Position numbers and translations under genes: made by a program. Positions 29,131-38,881 of a DNA stretch of 64,000 nucleotides are shown here, one piece after another. Within the stretch, counting starts at the first letter, position 1; each line of letters opens with the position of its first letter. Source of the DNA: an uncultured Planctomycetota bacterium (GTDB lineage: Bacteria > Planctomycetota > Planctomycetia > Isosphaerales > Isosphaeraceae); assembly GCA_963737655.1 (NCBI GenBank), contig CAVTTN010000002.1, forward strand, positions 6,432,001 to 6,496,000, given 5' to 3'. The notes beneath the pieces are model-generated. The model was not told the DNA's origin. It was given only the letters and a program-made list of their open reading frames with translations, and did not search any database.

Positions 29131-29427
29131 CTACCCGCCCGCCACCGCCCCGACGATCAGGAACGGCTCGGCGCCCGAGCCGATCGCCTCGGGCAGCTCG
29201 GCGTCGGGCGGGTCGTGCGAGAGGTCTTCCTCGCAGGCGAAGAACCTCACCAGGGGGCGCCGTTTCTTCGTCAGGCGGTCGCGGATCGTGCCCCGGAGGG
29301 TCGGGTAGGCCTGTTCCAGGGCGTCGAGGATCGCCGCCACCGTGGCGGGGCCCGGGACGTCCACCGAGACCTCGCCCCCGACCTTCGCCAGGGTCTTCAG
29401 ATGCATCGGCAGGACCACGCGGATCAT
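29131..29427 (-). CDS. MoaD/ThiS family ubiquitin-like protein
   Basis: MIRVVLP..., [16 protein letters not shown]-terminal GAVAGG; ATGA overlap with the upstream gene. Confidence 0.9.
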   Translation of the reverse strand: MIRVVLPMHLKTLAKVGGEVSVDVPGPATVAAILDALEQAYPTLRGTIRDRLTKKRRPLVRFFACEEDLSHDPPDAELPEAIGSGAEPFLIVGAVAGG

Positions 29428-30540
29428 GGCAGCGTCTGGACCTCCACCGAGAGGACCGCGGGCAAGTCCCGGACGATCGCCGACCAGCGGTCGCCGGAGT
29501 CCGCCGAGCAATACACCTGGCCGCCCGTCGTCCCGAAATAGACGCCGCACGGGTCGAGCGTGTCGCGGGCCATCGCGTCGCGAAGGACGTTCACGTAACA
29601 ATCCTTTTGCGGCAACCCCTCGCCCAGGGGCTCCCACGACTCGCCGCCGGTCTTGCTCCGGTAGACCCTCAGCTTCCCCTCCGGCGGGAAGTGCTCGGAG
29701 TCGCTCTTGATCGGGACGACGTACACCGTCTCGGGCTCGTGGGCGTGGACCTCGATCGGGAAGCCGAAGTCCGTCGGCAGGTCGCCGCTGACCTCTCGCC
29801 AGGAATCCCCGGCGTCGTCGGTGCGCATCACGTCCCAATGTTTTTGCATGAACAGGGTGTTCGGCTTCGAGGGATGCATCGCGATCCGGTGGACGCAGTG
29901 CCCCACCTCGGCGTCGGGGTCCGGCATGAAATTGGATTTCAGCCCCCGGTTGATCGGCTTCCACGACTCGCCGCCGTCGTCGGTCCGGAAGGCCCCGGCG
30001 GCGGAGATCGCGATGAACATGCGTTTGGGATCAGTCGGATCGAGGACGATCGTGTGGAGGCCCATCCCGCCCGCGCCGGGCGACCATCGCGGCCCGGAGT
30101 CGTGGTGGCGGAGGCCCGCCAGCTCGTCCCACGTCCGGCCGCCGTCGGTCGAGCGGAACATCGCGGCGTCCTCGACCCCGGCGAACACGGTGTCGGCCTC
30201 GGTCAGCGAGGGGCTCGAAGTGCCAGACCCTCTTGAACTCCCAGGGATGCTGGGTGCCGTCATACCATTGATGCGTGCCCGCCGTCCCCTCGTAGGCAAA
30301 CGCGTTGCCGACCGGCTCCCACGTCGCCCCGCCGTCGTCGGACCTCTGCACCTGCTGGCCGAACCAGCCGCTGCACTGCGACGCGTAGAGGCGGTCGGGA
30401 TCGACCGGAGATCCCTTCATATGATAGATTTCCCAGCCCGCGAACAGGGGGCCGCGGACCTCCCAGCGGTCGCGGACCCCGTCCGACGTCAAGATAAACG
30501 CGCCCTTGCGCGTGCCGACCAGAACCCGGACCGTCGCCAT
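29424..30540 (-). CDS. BNR/Asp-box beta-propeller (sialidase-like) protein (frameshift near 30212)
   Basis: [10 protein letters not shown]; Asp-boxes [53 protein letters not shown]. Confidence 0.88.
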
Positions 30541-31150
30541 CCCGGCCTCCTCCCGTCGTCGGGAAGTCCCTCGTCCCCCCGGGGGGGACATCCGTTCCCC
30601 GCCCGTCACGACGGGATTGATCGGCATTCCCGGCCCGGATCATCACATCGTCCGGAAACTTCACGTCCCTCGCGAGCATGGATGCATTGAGTTCAAAGCA
30701 TGAAAGATTGACCGATTTCTCAAATCTCGGCGAAAACAGAGGCACGCAAGCGTTTCCACGTGCAAACTGGACTACACTTCTTCGCCGAAAACGCCGGATT
30801 GGGCGGAAATGGAAGGGTTTGCTCGCGCGCAGTCGGCGCGCCTCAAGCCCATATGCATTTTTATTGCATATTTTGATCAAAAGCCGCAAATCCCGGCCAA
30901 CCCAAAACTTCGGCGAATCTTGACGAATTCGTTCGGGGACTCAAACCGGCCGGGAATTCGCACCTTCCGGGCCCCCGGGCGCCCGTGGAATTGACGGTGG
31001 AGTGTCACAACGGCCCGCCCCCTCGCGACGGATTGTGCGATCGTCGGAGGGGGCCGGTCGCGATCCTTTCATCGAGGGCCGTGAGCCAATGGCCGATCGG
31101 CGGAGCCCCTTCGTCCCCCGGGTCGGGACGAGCCCTCCCCTGGGTCTGCC

Positions 31151-31200
31151 TGCCCACTGCCCACTGCCCACTGCCCACGGCCCACTGCTTTCTGCCCACT
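31151..31200. repeat. Heptamer tandem repeat (CCCACTG)n, second copy
   Basis: tgcccactgcccactgcccactgcccacggcccactgc...tgcccact directly after the stop of the minus-strand gene. Confidence 0.9.
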
Positions 31201-31211
31201 CCATCGGCCGG

Positions 31212-32528
31212 TCAATGCCTCATCGCGGCGACGGGCCAGGAATCGCCGCGGCGGTCGTTGGCCTTCTGGAACGCCCGTTCACGCTCCAGCCGGGTCTGCT
31301 CGTACAGCTCCAGATAGAGCTGTTCCTCGACCGCGGTGAAGACCTGGTTGCGGCGTCCCATGACGGTCCGGGCGGTGGCGAACATCTGTTCCAGGGGGAA
31401 GCCGGGGGCGACCCGGCCGTAGAGGACGGCCGAGAAGCTGGGGACGTGCTTGGGAAGCAAGGGCCCGGCGGGCAAGATGTTGCACATCACGCCCACGGCC
31501 GTCCCGGTGTTCATCATCGAGCCCAGGCCGGTCCTCGTGTGGTCGCCGAGGAAGCAGCCGACCTTGGCCTGGCCGGTGCCCACCGGGTCGCCTCCCAGGG
31601 GGACGTAGACCTCGCCGTAATCGTTGCGGAGGTCGGAGTTTGAGGTGATCGCCCCGAGGTTCACCCATTCGCCGACGTAGGCGTGGCCCAGGAACCCCTC
31701 GTGATACTTGTTGGAATGGCCGTGGACGATCGACTGCTCGACCTCGCCGCCGATCCGGCAGTTCGGCCCCAACGTGACTCCCCCGCGAAGGTTGGCGCGG
31801 AAAAGCTGGGTGTCCCGACCGATGAAGCAGGGGCCTTCGATCCGGGTGAACGGCTGGACGACGACGTTCGGGCCGATGGTGATCGGCCCCCCGCTGGTGT
31901 CAAACACGGTAAAGGGGTCAATCCGGGCGGTCTCGTGGACGAACAGGCGATCGACCGGCCCGACGAGGGCGGCGGTGGCCAGGTGGCGGTTGCTCAGCCC
32001 CTGGAGGCCGGCGGTGGCGAAGTCGCGGACGAGGTGCTCGGCGTTCAGGGCGACGAGGTCCCACGGGCGGGTGATCCACTGGCCGCCCACGTCGACGCAA
32101 AGCGAACGGTCCTGGACCTCGTCGAACCAACCGGCGACGCCGTTGGGTTCCAGGCCCGAGGCGGCCTGGGGGCCGACCAGGGCCAGGGCGGGCTGGCCGT
32201 CGCAAAGGCCGACCCACGGGGAGCTTCCGTCGGTGGGAGGGACGAAGTCAACCGGCGGGACCCAGCGGGCGTTGGCGACCACGACCTCGCCCCGGGCCAG
32301 CCAGTCGCGGTCGTTCACGGCGGTGTGGGGGTCGCGCTGGCGCTGGATCGGCGCCAGCCAGGGGCGGATGACGGCCGATCGCCGGGCCGGCCCCGGGCCG
32401 ACGCCCAGGGCCCGGGCGATCTTGGCCCCCAGCGTCCCCCCTCCCAGCAGGAGGTCGTAGGCCGGGCGGGTCAGGGTCAGCGGCTCCAGGCCGGCGACGG
32501 CATGATCTTCGACGAGGCAGAGACGCAT
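31212..32528 (-). CDS. GlmU-related sugar nucleotidyltransferase-like / hexapeptide-repeat protein
   Basis: LEPLTLTRPAYDLLLG; left-handed beta-helix region; SNKYHEGFLGHAYVGEWVNLGA, SDLRNDY. Confidence 0.85.
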   Translation of the reverse strand: MRLCLVEDHAVAGLEPLTLTRPAYDLLLGGGTLGAKIARALGVGPGPARRSAVIRPWLAPIQRQRDPHTAVNDRDWLARGEVVVANARWVPPVDFVPPTDGSSPWVGLCDGQPALALVGPQAASGLEPNGVAGWFDEVQDRSLCVDVGGQWITRPWDLVALNAEHLVRDFATAGLQGLSNRHLATAALVGPVDRLFVHETARIDPFTVFDTSGGPITIGPNVVVQPFTRIEGPCFIGRDTQLFRANLRGGVTLGPNCRIGGEVEQSIVHGHSNKYHEGFLGHAYVGEWVNLGAITSNSDLRNDYGEVYVPLGGDPVGTGQAKVGCFLGDHTRTGLGSMMNTGTAVGVMCNILPAGPLLPKHVPSFSAVLYGRVAPGFPLEQMFATARTVMGRRNQVFTAVEEQLYLELYEQTRLERERAFQKANDRRGDSWPVAAMRH

Positions 32529-32716
32529 GATGATCCGCTCCTTCCGCGGCGCAGAGCGCCCGAGGGTCGAGAGATCCGAGGAACCGGGGGGATGTCTCGA
32601 CCGGGGAGAGTCCGCCGGACGTCGCGCCCGCGATCACTCCGATCCGTCGGAGCCGCCCCGATTATACGGAGCGATCGGAAGCCCCGGCCAGCCCGGTTCC
32701 GCTCGCCTCAGCAAAC

Positions 32717-33199
32717 TTATCGGACCTTCATGAAACGCAACGAATCGGTGTCGAGATCCAGCAACGCGACGGTCCAGGCCGCGGCCCGGTGCAGGGCCCC
32801 GGGGTTGATCAGGCGGGTCGGGCCGATCCGTTCATCCCGGGGGACGTGGGAATGGCCCAGGAGCAGGTAGTCGGGCAAGCCCTCCTCCAATCGACGGATC
32901 TCGGCCGGGAGGTCGCCGTGAGCGACGGCGATCCGCCGGCCCGCCAGGGTGACCTCGCCCCCCCAGCCCAAGCATAGGCCGCCCACGGCGTCGATGGCGG
33001 CCCTCAGGCCGATCTCGTCGAAGTCGTTATTGCCAAAGACGAAATGGCACGGAAGGAGGCCGCACTCGTGGACCACGTCGGGCGTCGTGAGGTCGCCGCA
33101 GTGGACCAAGGCCTCGGCCCCGGACTCCTCCAGGAGCCTCACGGCCCGGGTAGTCCGGTCGATCCGGTCGTGGGTATCCGAAAGGATTCCGATCCTCAT
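32717..33199 (-). CDS. Metallophosphoesterase (YfcE-like)
   Basis: LSDTH, HCGD, GNND, HG, GHSH, INPG. Confidence 0.93.
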   Translation of the reverse strand: MRIGILSDTHDRIDRTTRAVRLLEESGAEALVHCGDLTTPDVVHECGLLPCHFVFGNNDFDEIGLRAAIDAVGGLCLGWGGEVTLAGRRIAVAHGDLPAEIRRLEEGLPDYLLLGHSHVPRDERIGPTRLINPGALHRAAAWTVALLDLDTDSLRFMKVR

Positions 33200-33492
33200 G
33201 GGTCTGTCGGCCCCGTCCTGGCCCTTGAGTTCGGTGGACCGGGCTCACCGGCTAGCCACGCCGGAGATCCCGGGTTAAACTTAGGGGAGAGCGTCAAGGT
33301 CTGCCGATCCGACCGGGCCCGCCCCGGGGTGGTTCGGGGCCTTCGAGAAGCTCGACGGCCGCCCCCTGTTCGGGCGGCCGGCGCCCGGCCGAGAGGAAAC
33401 GGTCGGGCGCGGGAAGGGATCCCCCCGACGGCCTCCTCGCGGAGGTCCTCTCCCTTCCCCGGTTCTGCCCGCGCCGCGCGGGGAGGTGTCCA

Positions 33493-33726
33493 ATGTCGCT
33501 CTTGACCCGTCCGTCCCGTCGCAAGAAGACCACGACTTCGAAGGATCTCGCCACCCCTCCGGCGAAGATGGCCCGAGAGGCCGAGGCCCCCGACCGAGGC
33601 GGCGAGGCCGCCCATCGCGAGGCCCCCGAACGAGGACGCGTCCGCGTCGCCGAGGCCCCCGACGCCGGGGAAGGCCGCGCCGCCGCCCTCGATCACGAAT
33701 TCACCCACGGCCGCAGCCAGAGCTGA
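33493..33726 (+). CDS. Possible small protein
   Basis: Strong GGAGGT RBS at 33482-33487; 77 aa, charged. Confidence 0.45.
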   Translation: MSLLTRPSRRKKTTTSKDLATPPAKMAREAEAPDRGGEAAHREAPERGRVRVAEAPDAGEGRAAALDHEFTHGRSQS

Positions 33727-33914
33727 GCGGTCGGGCCAGGACCGATCCCGATCCCTGTTCGAGATCGCCGCCGGAGGCCCCACCGCCCCGCTCTGCCGGC
33801 CCGGACGGGACGATCCTCGAACCTCACCCGTCGAGGACGACCACCTCAGGCCGGCATCCCCCGCCCCGGGACCGCCCGTCGGTCCCGGGGCGGAGCTCGT
33901 GACCGACCGCCCGG

Positions 33915-34709
33915 TCAGCGCCGGCCCGCCTCCCGGAGCAACGCGCTCGCCCACGCCGCATCCTCCGCCGAGAGCGGGGGTTCCGGCTCGGCTCGATAGT
34001 CGATCGCCAGCGCGTATCGGCCGTTCTTGTAGGCCAGATCGACGATCGCCTGAAGGTCCAGGACCGCGTCGGCGTCCTTGGGCCGCAACGGGATGCCGAT
34101 CCTCGGCAACCTCTCCCGCAGGGGCAGCGGATAGATTTCCAGCGCCGCGTCATGAGGGCTTCGGGAAACGCTGGCAAGATAGGAGGAGCGGATCGACGGC
34201 GGGAGCGATTCCGCCTCCAGGGGCAACCCGCGATGGCCTCGTCGTAAGAGGTCGATCTCGACCAGGCTGGTCTTCGAGGACTGGATCGCCGAGAGCTTGC
34301 GGAGATATTCGCGGCGCCCGGGGCCCTTGCGCTTGTACCAGGGGCTGAGGACCTCGATCACGGTCACGAGCTTCTCGCGGGAGCCGGGCTCGACGATTTC
34401 AATGTAAGTCTCGGTCCTCCGCGACTTTCGGGGAACGAGGATCGGCCTCGCAGAGTCGGATTCGGGTTCGGCGACCAGGACCCCGCCGCCTCGTCCGGAC
34501 TTCCTCCGGGCGGGCTTGGTGACCATCACGTCCGGGTAGAACGACGCCGGCTCCGGCGCGGCGATGACCACCCTCTCCTGCATCCGGGCCCGCAGGTCCG
34601 GCGGCAGCTTCTCCTGGACGGCGTCGCAGGAGTAGGTCACGAGCCGTCCGTGAATATCGCCCCACGAGGCTTCCAGATACGGGTCCATGCCCGGAAACGG
34701 ACTGGCCAT
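33915..34709 (-). CDS. DUF4058 family protein
   Basis: MASPFPGMDPYLE, VTVIEVLSP, LVEIDLLRRG, LDLQ..DY. Confidence 0.92.
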   Translation of the reverse strand: MASPFPGMDPYLEASWGDIHGRLVTYSCDAVQEKLPPDLRARMQERVVIAAPEPASFYPDVMVTKPARRKSGRGGGVLVAEPESDSARPILVPRKSRRTETYIEIVEPGSREKLVTVIEVLSPWYKRKGPGRREYLRKLSAIQSSKTSLVEIDLLRRGHRGLPLEAESLPPSIRSSYLASVSRSPHDAALEIYPLPLRERLPRIGIPLRPKDADAVLDLQAIVDLAYKNGRYALAIDYRAEPEPPLSAEDAAWASALLREAGRR

Positions 34710-35188
34710 CAGCGGTCCTCCCGATCGGTGGAGCCCATCGTATCACATCGATCCCGGAGATGCCGAGGTCGTCCGTCGACGCATGCATGCCGGCGTGAAC
34801 GCATTGATGACATGCAGTTGTGTTAAAATGGGTCGGATGTTGTGTGAGATCAACACGACGTACCCCAAAGTCATTGCAAAGGTTAGGTCTGGTTCTGCCG
34901 AACCTTATGGATTTGACGAAGGATTTGCGTCGAGCCGACCGATGATTCATGTTGAAGGACGTTCCGGGCCGCGTCGGCCTGGACCCCGGGCTCGGTTGCC
35001 TCGACCCGATGGTGCGTCCGCCTCGCGAACCGTCCTGATCGATTTCGGGCTCCGCCTGAGAGACCTCCCCGTCCCAGCGGCGGTTTGCGGATCATTCCCC
35101 TTCTTCGAGTCCTCACCTGCCGGCGCCGACAGGCACTCGATTCCCGTTCGATCCCCGTCGCTCGCCTCGCCTCCTCATGGGAACTCCG

Positions 35189-37216
35189 ATGCCGCTCCGC
35201 CCCCGCGACGATCGCGGCCCGCGCCGGCCGTTTCGGCCCTCGGTCGCTGCCCTGGAAGCCCGGGAGTTGCTGTCCAGCCTCCCCTCCGCCCCGACGGCCG
35301 ACGAGCAGTACATGCTCCAGCTGATCAATCGGGCCCGGGCCAATCCCCCGGCGGAGGGTCAGAGGCTCGTGGCCCTGGCCCAGACCGACCCGACGCTCCA
35401 GGCCGCGACCCAGGGCGTGGACCTCTCGGCGTTCCTCCGCGAGATTGACAGCTACGGCCCCCTGCCCCCCCTGGCCTTCAACGCCCGCCTCAACGCCGCC
35501 GCCCTGGACCACGACGCCGCGATGCTCGCGGCCAACAATCAAGTCCATGCCCCCAACGGATTCCTGGTCAATCCGTCGCTCGGGCTGGTCGCCGGGGACG
35601 GCCAGGCGTATTACCCGGTGAGCTCGTCGACTTCTTGGGCCACCGGCGAGAACGTCTTTGCCTATTCGGGCAACGTCCCGGCCGGATCGACCCGGAGCTA
35701 CGTGGATTACTTCGAGGCCGGTCTGTTCATCGACTGGGGCAACCCCGACTTCGGCCACCTCAAGAACTTGCTGGCCCCGGGCCCGGCCGAAGCCGCCGCC
35801 GCCGGCCAACTCCCGTTCAGCGAGATCGGCATCGGCCTGATGACCGGAGTGACCCCGACGACCCCCGCCCCGGCGAACCCGGAAAACCCCGCCAATCGCG
35901 GCCTGAACGTCGGCCCCGACCTGCTCACCCAGGAATTTGCCTGGAAGACCGGGCCGGCCTCCCTCACCGGCGCCGCCTATCTTGACTCCGATGGCAACAA
36001 CTTCTACACGCCCGGCGAAGGGCTCGGCGGGATCACGATCCAGGCCGTCGGCCAGCACGGCGAGGGAAGCTTCCAGACCGTGACCTGGGACTCCGGCGGC
36101 TACTCCCTTTCGCTCCCCGCCGGGACGTACACGGTGACCGCCTCGGGCCCGAACCTCCCGGCGCGATCGTCGGTCGTGACGATCGGCCAGGACAACGTCG
36201 AATGGGACATTCAGGCCGAACCGACCGTCTCGAAGGCCGATCAGCCGGTCCCGGGCAACTACGACGGCCTGGGACACGCCGAGATCGCCGTCTATCGGTC
36301 CTCCACGGCCCAGTGGTTCATCTCCGGCCCCAACGGCGGCCGGTCGGTGACCTTCGGCGAACCCGGCGTGGACATCCCGGCCCCCGGCGACTACGACGGC
36401 GACGGCAAGACCGACATCGCCGTGTACCGGCCGACCACCGGCCAGTTCCTGATCCTCGGCTCGAAGGTCGGCCCCGAGGTCCTCGCCGTCGGGACCCCCG
36501 GCCAGGGCGTGCCGGTCTCGGCCGATTACGACGGCGACGGCAAGGCCGACCCGGCGGTTTACGACCCCTCCACCGCCCGGTGGACGATCCTCGGCTCCTC
36601 CTCCGGGCTCCGGAGCTTCTCGTTCGGCCAGCCGGGCGTCGATCAGCCGATCCCGGCCGATTATGACGGCGACGGCAAGGCCGACATCGCCGTGTATCGC
36701 CCCTCGACGGCTCAGTGGCTGATCCTCGGCTCCTCGACCGGGGCCCGGGTCACGAGCTTCGGCCAGCCGGGCGTCGATCAGCCGATCCCGGCCGATTACG
36801 ACGGCGACGGCAAGGCCGACCTGGCGGTCTACCGGCCGACCACCGCCCAGTGGCTGATCCTCGGCTCCTCGACCGGCCCGAAGGTCGCCTCGTTCGGCCA
36901 GCCGGGCGTCGATCAGCCGATCCCGGCCGATTACGACGGCGACGGCAAGGCCGACCCGTCCGTGTTCCGGCCCACCACGGCTCAGTGGTTGCAAAGCCTT
37001 TCGCGAGGAGGGGCTTCGGTCACGACCTTCGGTCAGTCCGGCCCGGCCCCGACGGCCTCGGCGCCCGCCTCGCCGACCACGACGACCACGACGGTCCGCA
37101 GCCAGTCGATCGGCTCGGCCCAGGCCATGACGTCCCCCGCGTCCACCACGCCCTCGATGACGCTCCCAACCCGCCGAAAAGCCACAAAGACGCACAAGGC
37201 CACCCGACGCGTCTAG
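35189..37216 (+). CDS. Extracellular CAP/SCP-like domain + carboxypeptidase-regulatory-like domain + six FG-GAP-like repeats
   Basis: Planctomycete motif RPSVAALEARELLS; EQYMLQLINRARANP, GEN, GHLKNLL; six (D/N)YDGxG repeats. Confidence 0.85.
   Translation: MPLRPRDDRGPRRPFRPSVAALEARELLSSLPSAPTADEQYMLQLINRARANPPAEGQRLVALAQTDPTLQAATQGVDLSAFLREIDSYGPLPPLAFNARLNAAALDHDAAMLAANNQVHAPNGFLVNPSLGLVAGDGQAYYPVSSSTSWATGENVFAYSGNVPAGSTRSYVDYFEAGLFIDWGNPDFGHLKNLLAPGPAEAAAAGQLPFSEIGIGLMTGVTPTTPAPANPENPANRGLNVGPDLLTQEFAWKTGPASLTGAAYLDSDGNNFYTPGEGLGGITIQAVGQHGEGSFQTVTWDSGGYSLSLPAGTYTVTASGPNLPARSSVVTIGQDNVEWDIQAEPTVSKADQPVPGNYDGLGHAEIAVYRSSTAQWFISGPNGGRSVTFGEPGVDIPAPGDYDGDGKTDIAVYRPTTGQFLILGSKVGPEVLAVGTPGQGVPVSADYDGDGKADPAVYDPSTARWTILGSSSGLRSFSFGQPGVDQPIPADYDGDGKADIAVYRPSTAQWLILGSSTGARVTSFGQPGVDQPIPADYDGDGKADLAVYRPTTAQWLILGSSTGPKVASFGQPGVDQPIPADYDGDGKADPSVFRPTTAQWLQSLSRGGASVTTFGQSGPAPTASAPASPTTTTTTVRSQSIGSAQAMTSPASTTPSMTLPTRRKATKTHKATRRV
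36623..37030 (+). repeat. Intragenic 135-bp (45-aa) tandem repeats
   Basis: ttcggccagccgggcgtcgatcagccgatcccggccgatta recurs at 36623, 36758, 36893. Confidence 0.9.
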
Positions 37217-37394
37217 GCCGCGACCTCGGCCCAGCCGGCCCGGACCAAACCGGGCTGACCGCCGCCGAGAATCGGCCCGGGAGTCCGTCCTGGCCCCTTG
37301 ACCCGGGAGCGCGCCGGCGGTTAGTCTGATTCATCGCTCGAGGACCCCTTCACGGGATCGCGGGCGAGGCGGTCGAGCCGGAAGGAGTGGTCGG

Positions 37395-37649
37395 TTGGAC
37401 CTTGAGATCACGACCCACCACGGCGGCCCGGAGTTGACTCGTACCCGGCGGAAGGCCGGGGCGTCGCGGCCGGGGTTCGGTGGTCGGCGATCGATCGAGG
37501 CCGAGACCCGGAAGCCCGGCTTTGTCGCCCGGGTCGAGCCGCCTTGGAGAGGTGACGAGGAGAAGGTCCAGGGGGATGGGGACGCGGTGGCCCCGGGCGG
37601 GACGTTGGCGAGCCATCGCGACGGGCTCGAACCGCCGGGATCGCGGTGA
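37395..37649 (+). pseudogene. hpf: Decayed ribosome hibernation factor (HPF/RaiA) relic
   Basis: AAGGAG RBS + TTG; LEITTHHG, RKPGFVA, EEKVQ resemble HPF segments; sits at the usual hpf position before ptsN. Confidence 0.5.
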
Positions 37650-37833
37650 TCGGCCGTCGGCCCGTTCGACGGACCTGCCGGCCCGCCCCGAAGGCGGTCG
37701 GGTGTCCCTGGCCCCGGTCGGCCGAGGCCCCCGGATCGTCCGGCGGCCGCCCGCGTCTCAGCCCCTCGATCGCGAGGGCGGGCCCGAGCCGGAACGAACC
37801 GGCCGGAGACCGCGTCGGACTGTGGAGGGCTGG

Positions 37834-38304
37834 ATGAAGCTTTCGGATTTCGTGGTGCGCGACGCGATCCTGGTCGATCTCCAGGCGACAACCAAGGAAC
37901 CGGCGATCCGGGAGATCGTCCAGAGCCTCTGCGGCTCCGGCCGGTTGGCCGAGGCCGACGCCGACGGCGTGGCCCGGGCGATCCTCAACCGCGAGGAGCT
38001 CGGCTCGACCGGGATCGGCCAGGGCGTGGCCGTCCCCCACACGCGCCACCCCAAGGTCGATCGCCTGATCGGCACCGTGGCCCTCTCCCGCAAGGGCGTG
38101 GACTTCGCCGCCCTGGACGGCGAGCCCGTCGATGTCTTGTTCCTCCTGGTCTCCCCCCCCAATCAGCCGGGCGACCACCTCCGGGCCCTGGAGAACATCT
38201 CCCGTCACCTGAAGGACGAGCGGTTCGTCAGCTTCCTCCGCCAGGCCAAGACCCGCGAGCAGGTCATCGACGTGCTCGACGAGGCCGATCAGACCGCGTC
38301 CTGA
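37834..38304 (+). CDS. ptsN: PTS EIIA (Ntr/fructose-type)
   Basis: REELGSTGIGQGVAVPH, VDFAALDGEPV, HLRAL. Confidence 0.93.
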   Translation: MKLSDFVVRDAILVDLQATTKEPAIREIVQSLCGSGRLAEADADGVARAILNREELGSTGIGQGVAVPHTRHPKVDRLIGTVALSRKGVDFAALDGEPVDVLFLLVSPPNQPGDHLRALENISRHLKDERFVSFLRQAKTREQVIDVLDEADQTAS

Positions 38305-38472
38305 CGAATCAAGCCGAATCTGATCGAACCGTGCCGCACCGAACGCCGCGATCCCGGCGCGCCGAGACGATCGGGATCCTATCCGCGAACCCGACGGCCC
38401 GAGGGGCCGATGTCCCGGCCCCCTCCCGCGCGAACTCGCCCCCGGGCCGAGCCGAGCTGAGCCGAGCTTTCG

Positions 38473-38787
38473 ATGACGAACGACGAACCGGTCGCCCGCC
38501 GCCAGGTGGAGATCCTCAACGCCCTGGGCCTCCACCTGCGCCCGGCGGACAAATTCGTCCGGCTGGCCGGTCGGTACGCCTCGGAGGTGCGGGTCCATCT
38601 CGGCGGCCACGCCTTCAATGGCAAGAGCATCCTCGACCTGACCAGCCTGGCGGCCGAGAAGGGCACGGTCCTGGAGATCGAGGCCCGGGGGCCCGACGCC
38701 CCGGCGGTCGTCGAGGCGCTGGCCGCCCTGGTCGCCGCCCGGTTCTACGAGGACGACGAGGGGCAGGACGAGGGCCCCGAGCCATGA
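38473..38787 (+). CDS. ptsH: HPr phosphocarrier
   Basis: NALGLHLRPA, NGKSILDL. Confidence 0.95.
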   Translation: MTNDEPVARRQVEILNALGLHLRPADKFVRLAGRYASEVRVHLGGHAFNGKSILDLTSLAAEKGTVLEIEARGPDAPAVVEALAALVAARFYEDDEGQDEGPEP

Positions 38788-38881
38788 AATCCCGGGACGC
38801 GGCGCCCCTGCGCCGCTCGACGCCCGAGCCAACCCCCGGGCCGAGCCTTCCCCCTCCTCCCCCCGGACCGGGGACACCTCC

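Noticed and set aside
36240..37030. Regularly spaced direct repeats resembling a CRISPR array
   Set aside because: In-frame 135-bp coding repeats; the intervening sequences are homologous and there are no cas genes
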